32,000 nucleotides of DNA from contig NC_010482.1 of the NCBI RefSeq assembly GCF_000019605.1, forward strand, positions 990,001 to 1,022,000. Direction: 5' to 3'. The notes under the pieces are model-generated. The model did no database searches. It was not told where the DNA came from and saw nothing but the letters and a program-made list of their open reading frames with translations. The stretch's first letter is position 1; every line of letters starts with the position of its first letter. The stretch is from Candidatus Korarchaeum cryptofilum OPF8 (GTDB lineage Archaea > Korarchaeota > Korarchaeia > Korarchaeales > Korarchaeaceae). A program made the position numbers and the translations under genes. Shown piece after piece: positions 18,934 through 25,257 of this stretch.

Positions 18934-18948
18934 CCAGGTGAGGGACAT

Positions 18949-19500
18949 ATGGGAAATATAAATATTTCGGGATTGATCGTAGTTATAGGCACTCCGGGAT
19001 CGGGGAAGACGAGGGTAGCTAAACTCATAGCTGAGAGTTTGGGATGTAGATATTTGAATGTTGGAGAGCTGTCGTTGGAGAAGGGCTACGTTCTGGGCAG
19101 GGATGAGGAGAGGGGATCCTATATAATAGATGAGGAGAGGGTCAGGGAGGAGTTATCTAGGATTGAAGATACTATCGTAGTTGAGACGATAAGCCCATAC
19201 GCGATCCCCCAGGACAAGGTCTCCTTAGTGATCGTTGTGAGATGCAGGCCTTCAATACTCCTCGAGAGGTTGAGGGAGAGAGGATATTCGAAGAGCAAGA
19301 TAAGGGAGAACTTGGAGTATGAAGCCATAGATGGGCCTCTCTTCGATGCCATGCAGATAGCTGATGTCGATAAGATAGTTGAGATAGATGGCTGTGAGGG
19401 AAATGATGAGGAAATTTATGATGCCCTGAGAGGTATTAAGAAAGGAGTTGGAAGGTTCAACTGGTCTCAGGATTTCCTCTCGATACTGGAGGAGATATGA
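18949..19500 (+). CDS. Fap7/AK6-like adenylate kinase / nucleoside-triphosphatase
   Basis: P-loop VIGTPGSGKT at residues 10-19, about 183 aa, with an archaeal putative adenylate kinase layout. I moved the start to the ATG at 18949 because the track ORF (18874) runs through the tRNA-Glu gene. Confidence 0.8.
   Translation: MGNINISGLIVVIGTPGSGKTRVAKLIAESLGCRYLNVGELSLEKGYVLGRDEERGSYIIDEERVREELSRIEDTIVVETISPYAIPQDKVSLVIVVRCRPSILLERLRERGYSKSKIRENLEYEAIDGPLFDAMQIADVDKIVEIDGCEGNDEEIYDALRGIKKGVGRFNWSQDFLSILEEI
18954..18967 (-). promoter_or_regulatory. TATA-like element for tRNA-Glu, embedded in codons 2-7 of the opposite-strand kinase gene
   Basis: aaatataaatattt is centred about 27 nt upstream of the tRNA-Glu 5' end (18933). 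This matches the spacing at both tRNA-Val genes. Confidence 0.45.
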
Positions 19501-19517
19501 GCGAAACTCCCTTCGTG

Positions 19518-19650
19518 ATAATCAATAAAAAATTTATAAAAATTATCATTTAGTTTATGAATTCTAAATTATATGCTAAATTTTTCATAAAATTTTAATT
19601 ATAAATTTTCTTAAAGTATTATTTTTGTTATTAATAAGGTCTCTATACAA
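19518..19650. other. Extreme AT-rich intergenic island (about 11% GC over 19521-19640)
   Basis: Counted by hand: 13 G/C in 120 nt, against a background of about 50% GC. It contains the inverted repeat tgataat(19516-19522)/attatca(19542-19548) and A/T palindromes such as aaaatttt. Confidence 0.8.
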
Positions 19651-19660
19651 TACCCAGGGA

Positions 19661-19672
19661 AATTTTTATTTA
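19661..19672 (+). promoter_or_regulatory. TATA-box-like element for tRNA-Val(GAC)
   Basis: aatttttattta is centred about 25 nt upstream of the tRNA 5' end. Confidence 0.5.
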
Positions 19673-19691
19673 GGTAAGATCCTTAAGCAGG

Positions 19692-19767
19692 GGGCCGGTG
19701 GTCTAGTGGCTATGACGCCGCCTTGACGAGGCGGAGGCCGTGGGTTCGAGTCCCACCCGGCCCACCA
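19692..19767 (+). tRNA. tRNA-Val (anticodon GAC), with genomically encoded CCA
   Basis: Same arms as the Val-CAC gene. Anticodon loop TTGACGA. The discriminator A is followed by cca (19765-19767). Confidence 0.9.
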
Positions 19768-19780
19768 AAAAGGTGGGAAA

Positions 19781-20062
19781 ATGGCGAGGTATTCGATTGC
19801 TAGATTAGCTAATAAGCCTGTCATCACGGATCAGGGGCTCCTGCTAGGTGAGGTTACCGATTTAGTCGTTGATGAGATATCGGGAAAGGTGATATCGATA
19901 ATAATTAGAAGTAATAGGGGTGCCGCTGATGCATTACTGCAGAAACTGAAGAGAGATAGGAAGGGGAATGTCCTCATACCGTATTCTACAGTTAAGTACA
20001 TCAGGGAGATGATAGTAGTAGATGAGAGACTTCTGAAGGTTTACATAGCTACTAAGGGCTAA
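19781..20062 (+). CDS. PRC-barrel domain protein
   Basis: 93 aa. LANKPVITDQGLLLGEVTDLVVDEISGKVISIII is the typical PRC-barrel pattern. Confidence 0.75.
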   Translation: MARYSIARLANKPVITDQGLLLGEVTDLVVDEISGKVISIIIRSNRGAADALLQKLKRDRKGNVLIPYSTVKYIREMIVVDERLLKVYIATKG

Positions 20063-20319
20063 GATCTATTGATCCTCTTATATAGGAACTCAGCTATATC
20101 TTCAGATAAATTGGAGAGAGCATACTTCAGGCCCATCCTCCGATCTACCTCTAGGGATTCCTCTATCATCTTCACCCTATCCGGTCTACCTATCTCATCA
20201 TATATCTCCCTGAACAGATCTCTCAGCTCCTCCATTATCTCATCATCAGGACTTCCGAATATGGCCTGCCTCGAGAGGTACCTCAACTTGGAATTCAGTT
20301 GGAGCACTCGGTCGATCAT
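20059..20319 (-). CDS. Hypothetical small acidic helical protein
   Basis: 86-aa ORF with balanced composition. The fully overlapping plus-strand ORF is Ser/Leu/Ile-rich, which is typical of antisense artefacts. Confidence 0.5.
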   Translation of the reverse strand: MIDRVLQLNSKLRYLSRQAIFGSPDDEIMEELRDLFREIYDEIGRPDRVKMIEESLEVDRRMGLKYALSNLSEDIAEFLYKRINRS

Positions 20320-20379
20320 CCTATCATAAGCGAATCGCTTTTTAATCTGAATGCCCCGCGAAGCTTAGGTGAAAGTTAC

Positions 20380-20712
20380 TTGAGTAAAGTCAGGCTGAGT
20401 TCAGTTAGGAGTGATCCGATATTCGATATAAATATATTGAGTTTCGAATCACTGGATAGGTCGTTCGAGGCGACTCTGGAGTTTCCGAAGGGTCTCATCG
20501 ACCTGAAGGAGGGCATGGAGGCTGATTTAACGCTAGGAGAGGAGGGTGAGGGAGATATAATAATGAAAGGAGTTGTCTATAAATTTGATGATTCTTCCAG
20601 AACTATTGAAATATCTTTCCATGGGCTTCTGATGAAGTTGACTTACTCAAAAGCAGCGCCGTTCAAACTGAGCCAGGGAGAGGAGGTCTATCTAACGATA
20701 AAGTTTGCCTGA
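20380..20712 (+). CDS. rpoG: RNA polymerase subunit Rpo8 (RpoG)-like protein
   Basis: The C-terminal half (GVVYKFDDSSRTIEISFHGLLMKLTYSK...VYLTIKF) resembles, from memory, crenarchaeal Rpo8 (...TTIISLYGLLVKI...VYFCVKK). I chose the TTG at 20380 as the start: TATA-like ctttttaatc lies at 20337-20346 and SD-like AGGTGA at 20366-20371, whereas the track start at 20299 would overlap the divergent gene. Confidence 0.55.
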   Translation: MSKVRLSSVRSDPIFDINILSFESLDRSFEATLEFPKGLIDLKEGMEADLTLGEEGEGDIIMKGVVYKFDDSSRTIEISFHGLLMKLTYSKAAPFKLSQGEEVYLTIKFA

Positions 20713-20723
20713 TTGTGAAACTA

Positions 20724-20736
20724 TTTTTTTATTTTT
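20724..20736 (+). terminator. Oligo-T tract (T7-A-T5) downstream of rpo8
   Basis: tttttttattttt starts 12 nt after the rpo8 stop, and archaeal termination commonly uses T-runs. A TATA-like gattaatattt (about 20748-20758) follows, about 26 nt before the ATG at 20780. Confidence 0.4.
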
Positions 20737-20779
20737 CTGGAGGAAAAGATTAATATTTGTGAGCATAAATACCATCGTG

Positions 20780-21373
20780 ATGGAAGAGGAGTTCTTAGGG
20801 ACGGGTTTCGAGGGATACGGGAAGCTCCCTGAAGTAAGGAATAGGGCCCTCGATGAGATAATTAAAGAGCTGGGGCTCCCTGAGGAAGTTGAGAGGCTGG
20901 CGAGCGAATTATTCAGAAGATATAGGGTTAGCGGGAAGCGGATGCGCCTGGCAGCTGTAGCTAGTGTATCTTTAGCGAGCAGGATATATGGATTCGCTAT
21001 TCCCGTCAGGAAGATAATGGAGGAAGCTGGGATTAGGGCATCGCGTAGGGCTTTACTCAGATCCCTGAGCAATATGAAGAGCGGCGGAGTCCAATGGGAC
21101 TCCTACCTCAACTATGTCTTGATGAAGGTAGGAAGGGAGCTGCCGCCTTTAGTTAGGGAGAGGCTCATGATAAACGCTAAGAGAGAGATGGCGAAAATCC
21201 TGAGGAGAAGGGAGCTTCTGTTGGGGCGTAATCCCATTCATATAGCAGCTTTAGCTGTTTACTTCGCATCCAGGAGGATCGGCCTCCGGATTCCGATGAA
21301 AGAGATAGCTTTAAGCCTGGGCGTGAGTGTTAGCTCAATTAATAGGGTGAAGAGGCTGATTAGAGATGGATGA
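20780..21373 (+). CDS. TFB/TFIIB core-domain-only paralog (two cyclin-like repeats; no Zn-ribbon, B-reader or B-linker)
   Basis: Repeat 1: LGLPEEVERLASELFRRYRVSGKRMRLAAVASVSLASRIYGFAIPVRKIMEEAG. Repeat 2: LVRERLMINAKREMAKILRRRELLLGRNPIHIAALAVYFASRRIGLRIPMKEIALSLGVSVSSINRVKRLI. Both align with the TFB cyclin folds and the C-terminal HTH. The ATG at 20780 is preferred because the track extension covers the T-tract and TATA. Confidence 0.7.
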   Translation: MEEEFLGTGFEGYGKLPEVRNRALDEIIKELGLPEEVERLASELFRRYRVSGKRMRLAAVASVSLASRIYGFAIPVRKIMEEAGIRASRRALLRSLSNMKSGGVQWDSYLNYVLMKVGRELPPLVRERLMINAKREMAKILRRRELLLGRNPIHIAALAVYFASRRIGLRIPMKEIALSLGVSVSSINRVKRLIRDG

Positions 21374-21500
21374 GGAGTTCTTCTTCGAGATAGAGACTTT
21401 GAAGAATCAGATAGAGTATCTATTCTTCAAACTTGAGGAAGTGATGAGGAGGATAGAGTCTATCGAGGAGAGGATCTCCAGGATGGAGGGAGAGAGATGA
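21366..21500 (+). CDS. 44-aa coiled-coil micro-protein (not in the ORF track)
   Basis: Manual translation: MDEEFFFEIETLKNQIEYLFFKLEEVMRRIESIEERISRMEGER. It has heptad-like periodicity. It overlaps the upstream gene by 8 nt and the downstream ATPase by ATGA. Confidence 0.45.
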   Translation: MDEEFFFEIETLKNQIEYLFFKLEEVMRRIESIEERISRMEGER

Positions 21501-23134
21501 AGAGGGAAGATTTGGATGTTTACTTATTAATCGCAGCTCTAATGATCCTATTGTTTTATAAGAATTACGGAAATATATTGAAAATTTTAATGAACTTATC
21601 GATATATTTAGTCATGATACTCGCTGCCGCATCCTTCATCATCCTGATCAAGATGAGGAGGCTATTGCCCCGTAGGGGCCCCCTAGTAGTTCCAGCTAGG
21701 CTCTCTGTTTATGATAAAGACGCTAATATAAACCTGAATAAGTTGAAAGATATTGCAGAAGGAATGGGATTGAGGATAATATTTTTAATATCGATTGGGA
21801 GGAGCGGACTGATGGGGAGGAGCCCCGGGAAGGTTGCGTACAAAGTGCTCCTCCTGGGGAAGGATAGAGAGATGATAAGAGCGGGAGCTTCAGCTATAAA
21901 CAGTACCTCAGAAGGGTTCAAGATAGAGCTCATGGAGAGGAACTTGAATCCCGATCTGGCTCAGGAAATAATTGAAATTTGCGACGAGAGTGAGGTGGCA
22001 TCTATAGGTGTTGGAAGGAACCCTGAGAGGGATGAGCCCTTGCTGGAGCTCGGGGAGAGGAAAGGTAGGGTCATAGGAATTCCTGTAGGCGAGTTAACTA
22101 AGCATATCCTCGTGATCGGGCAGACAGGATCTGGAAAAACGACGACAGTCAAGAGAATTATCTATGAAGCCTGGAACCTTGGGATACCATCCTTAGTGCT
22201 CGACTCCCACTGGGAGTATCGGAACTTGATCTTCGGGATGGGGGGCAGGATATTCTGCAGTAGAGCGGGATATCCGCAGATATGCATAAATCCGCTGATT
22301 TCAATACCTAAAGGGGAGAAGGAAATATTCCTGGTAGCTGAGACGTTATCCTCCCTCCTAGATCTCACACCCTCCCAGTTCTACTTACTCCTGAAGGCTT
22401 TAAGAAGGCTGAGCGATATCTCAAGTGAGAAAAATCCGCCAAATATGTACGATTTACTGATGGAGATTAAGGGTTTCTCGACGAGCTCCCAACCTGAGGA
22501 GGAGAGCAGAGCTTCGCTCGTGAGGAAGCTTGAGCCATTAGTCTCCGGGGATGGGGAGGCGATTTTCAAATGTGATAATATACTCTCAACCGGTTTTGAG
22601 GAAGTCCCCACACTCCTGGAGTTAGGGGATGTAGAGAGCGACCTTCAGAAGCGGCTAATAGCGTTCTTTACTTTGAAAAGGATAAAGGATTATTACATAA
22701 GGGAGGAGGCCAAGTCCAGATATCCTAAGCTAATAGTTGTCCTCGAGGAAGCTGAAAAGTTGATCCCGTATTATAAGGATCAGATAGGCATGGAGCTCAT
22801 CAGTAGGCTATTCGCAGAGCTCAGGAAGTTCGGAGTCGCACTAGTATTGGTCTCCCAGAGCCTCTCTGAGATACCTGAAGGAGCTGTGAGGAACACTGGA
22901 ATTAAGATAATCCATAAGGTCGAATCCCCGAGCGACCTAAAGTTCCTGAGGACCTTCATGAGGGAGAAGAATATTGTGGATAAAATACTGACTCTAGCTC
23001 CCGGCGAGTGTATAATGAATTTTCCTGGAGGCGTAGAGAGCTTGCAAGTGAGATCCGTGGATGAACTGCCGCTCAGCAGGGAGTCTGTAGATGAGGTCAT
23101 CATGATGAACTCATTCTATTGGATCTCGAGATGA
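21497..23134 (+). CDS. Membrane-anchored P-loop ATPase of the HerA/FtsK/VirB4 (DUF87-like) clade
   Basis: Two N-terminal TM helices (YLLIAALMILLFY; LSIYLVMILAAASFIILI). Walker A ILVIGQTGSGKTTT, then PSLVLDSHWEY, Walker B KLIVVLEEAEKL, and RKFGVALVLVSQS. Confidence 0.8.
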   Translation: MKREDLDVYLLIAALMILLFYKNYGNILKILMNLSIYLVMILAAASFIILIKMRRLLPRRGPLVVPARLSVYDKDANINLNKLKDIAEGMGLRIIFLISIGRSGLMGRSPGKVAYKVLLLGKDREMIRAGASAINSTSEGFKIELMERNLNPDLAQEIIEICDESEVASIGVGRNPERDEPLLELGERKGRVIGIPVGELTKHILVIGQTGSGKTTTVKRIIYEAWNLGIPSLVLDSHWEYRNLIFGMGGRIFCSRAGYPQICINPLISIPKGEKEIFLVAETLSSLLDLTPSQFYLLLKALRRLSDISSEKNPPNMYDLLMEIKGFSTSSQPEEESRASLVRKLEPLVSGDGEAIFKCDNILSTGFEEVPTLLELGDVESDLQKRLIAFFTLKRIKDYYIREEAKSRYPKLIVVLEEAEKLIPYYKDQIGMELISRLFAELRKFGVALVLVSQSLSEIPEGAVRNTGIKIIHKVESPSDLKFLRTFMREKNIVDKILTLAPGECIMNFPGGVESLQVRSVDELPLSRESVDEVIMMNSFYWISR

Positions 23135-23579
23135 TGGCTCCCTCAATGATCCATGGTGAAATTCGTGAAGCAGGTGTTAGAAACTGCTTCCATTTAGCGT
23201 AAGTTTAATAACTTCAGTGATGCTGAGTTTAAAATAATGATCCCATTTTCGAGCCGTGCCCGATATGTGAGGAAAAGCCCGGATGAGACGGGCAGAGAAG
23301 AGAGATGTGAGGGATTCGTCCGTTCACCCCGAAGGCCCTATGAGAGAAGGGATAAAAGTTAATGCTAAACCAGAACGGCGGGTCAGTACTCAAGATCATC
23401 TTCATAGTTCAGCGGGCCGTTTACCTCATCCACCGCCTGTTGGAGAGATTTCGGAGGGATAATTTAAAGATTGAGCTGGTCCGCTTTCTAGAGTGATCCC
23501 CCCATGAGCTTGAATAGATTCTCGGGGAACTCGCCGGGGCTTCAAGAATATTTTTAAGCCCGAAGTTAGGTGATGTAGT

Positions 23580-23921
23580 ATGGATGATAGGATTATCAGG
23601 GATTTGAGCGATATCATAAGGAGGGTAAAGGCCGGTGAAGAGGTGGATAAGAGTAAGATCGAGGGGATAAGGAAGTCTATATCCGAAGTGGAGGATCCCA
23701 TCCTCAGGAAGCATCTCCTCACCCTAGTTGAGGAGATAGATCAGGGTTATGAGGATGGGGATATCTTGAGCAAGTTGATCCTGCATGAGAGCTCGGAGGT
23801 GAATAAGTTGAGGAGCGCTATCCTCGAGTTCATATATGAGGAACCCTTTGAAGGACTAGATCTCAAACAGACTTTGGAGTTCTGGAGGAGAGTTTTGGAA
23901 TCTCTTGAGAGGAAAAAATAA
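23580..23921 (+). CDS. Hypothetical acidic helical protein
   Basis: 113-aa ORF. A TATA-like atattttta lies about 28 nt upstream. No family motif. The antisense ORFs (23421..23722) look spurious. Confidence 0.5.
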   Translation: MDDRIIRDLSDIIRRVKAGEEVDKSKIEGIRKSISEVEDPILRKHLLTLVEEIDQGYEDGDILSKLILHESSEVNKLRSAILEFIYEEPFEGLDLKQTLEFWRRVLESLERKK

Positions 23922-24023
23922 AATACTTTTACCAATTTGCATCAATTCTATATTTGAGTATCTCCGTGATTGAGGAATATATCCGATAGCAGATGATACA
24001 TAGCGCTCCTTGAGAGAGTTTCA

Positions 24024-25163
24024 CTAAATTTTACTGCCCTTTATCGAGTACCTGCCCGTTTCAGTCTTATAGACGAGCCCTTCCCTCATTAGCTCCGAGA
24101 TCAAGGCATTAGCCTCGATCAGCTTCAAACCCCAGACCCTTGAGGCCTCCAGTAATGAAAAAGATGTTCCCGGTGGGAATCTCTTCCTTAGGGCATCGAA
24201 CTCTTCCTTTAAACCATCAGGCACTTTTTCCTCTAAGATCCCTCCTTCGGGTGGGGTTTCCTTGCCCTCATCCGCTGACTTAACTATTTGAAGGACTTTC
24301 TCCTTGCTCAATTTCCCGCTTTCCCTCAATTCCTTAGTCAACATAGCTAAGACATTTCTAGCAAGCTTCATCAACTTCCTAGGATTTCCTCCCGCCATTT
24401 CATTCATCTTAATGACTAGGTCCTCTGTGAATGGTTCATCTAACCCGAAGTCCCTAGCTTCCTTGTTCATCAAAGCTCTATAATATTCTAACCTTTTCTT
24501 CAGGATCCTGCTAGCTTCAGCAGGGCTGAGCCTCCTCATCTCGATCTTCTCATGGGGGACATCTATGAGCCTCTTCATTATATCGTAGGCTGGAGGGATG
24601 CAGCCTATGACTATTGCTTTACCCCCATTGAGTCCTTGGAAGATCCTTGAGATAGCTTTAGAGAAGAGCTCAGCGTCCTTCCTGGTCCCAAATACGACAA
24701 CGTTCTCTACTTCATCTAGGAGGAGGACTGCCAGATCATAGCTATTGAGCTCATCTACTATGATCTCCATCAACTGATCGGGATCCTTGGGAATCCTCCT
24801 CTTCAGCAGCTTGGCAGGTATTCCGCTCTTGACCACATGGGCGATCCTGTATATAGCTGTGTTGAAATCATCGACATCTATCTTAACATAGAACGTGGAG
24901 GCCTCCTCCAATATTTCACCGATTAGCCTCAATCTATGAGTTTTCCCCGTTCCGAACTCCCCAACTAGGAAAATTAACCTCTTCTCCCCATCCCTGATGA
25001 CCTTATCGAGAATATCAGCTAATTTCTCGTCTATATCAGTATCCACATGAACTTCCTTAACTTCCTCAAGGCTCTCACTGCTTAAATAAGCGAAAGGGTT
25101 TGCTCTAAGCATCCATCTCAGATAGCCAGCCTCAATCACCTTGATGTCACTCTCATCAGGCAT
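24024..25163 (-). CDS. Divergent Orc1/Cdc6-like AAA+ ATPase with C-terminal winged helix
   Basis: Walker A VGEFGTGKTH and Walker B VLLLDEVE. The sensor-2-like GGNPRKLMKLARNVL is comparable to GNARIALKILFSAARL in the bona fide Orc1 at 26339. A C-terminal wHTH-like segment is present (SLLEASRVWGLKLIEANALISELMREGLVYK). It lacks the canonical P..L.HRE N-terminal motif. Confidence 0.7.
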   Translation of the reverse strand: MPDESDIKVIEAGYLRWMLRANPFAYLSSESLEEVKEVHVDTDIDEKLADILDKVIRDGEKRLIFLVGEFGTGKTHRLRLIGEILEEASTFYVKIDVDDFNTAIYRIAHVVKSGIPAKLLKRRIPKDPDQLMEIIVDELNSYDLAVLLLDEVENVVVFGTRKDAELFSKAISRIFQGLNGGKAIVIGCIPPAYDIMKRLIDVPHEKIEMRRLSPAEASRILKKRLEYYRALMNKEARDFGLDEPFTEDLVIKMNEMAGGNPRKLMKLARNVLAMLTKELRESGKLSKEKVLQIVKSADEGKETPPEGGILEEKVPDGLKEEFDALRKRFPPGTSFSLLEASRVWGLKLIEANALISELMREGLVYKTETGRYSIKGSKI

Positions 25164-25257
25164 TTATTTACCCTCTCTCACTTCCCCAAGTTGAGTGACG
25201 TATTGAATTTATATATGCTTCTATCCAGTAAAAAATGCTATACGACTCCAGGGTAAG

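Noticed and set aside
18874-18948. N-terminal extension of the kinase ORF in the track
   Set aside because: It would be translated through the tRNA-Glu gene. The ATG at 18949 gives a canonical distance to the P-loop.
15214-19691. Integrated element bounded by the two tRNA-Val genes
   Set aside because: The interval contains only housekeeping genes (ribK, translin, taw1, pyrH, tRNA-Glu, fap7). It has no integrase and no compositional change.
20069-20329. 86-aa plus-strand ORF mirroring the 20059..20319 minus-strand ORF
   Set aside because: About a quarter of its residues are Ser, plus Leu/Ile-rich runs. This is the typical antisense shadow of an acidic helical protein.
23283-23462. 59-aa ORF (MRRAEKRDVRDSSVHPEGPMREG...) inside the large non-coding gap
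   Set aside because: It is low-complexity and Pro/Arg/Ser-rich, with no SD or TATA at a sensible distance. It overlaps the predicted hairpins, so I treat the region as non-coding.
23421-23722. Two overlapping 97-98-aa minus-strand ORFs
   Set aside because: They are antisense to the better 23580..23921 ORF. They have odd composition and no motifs.
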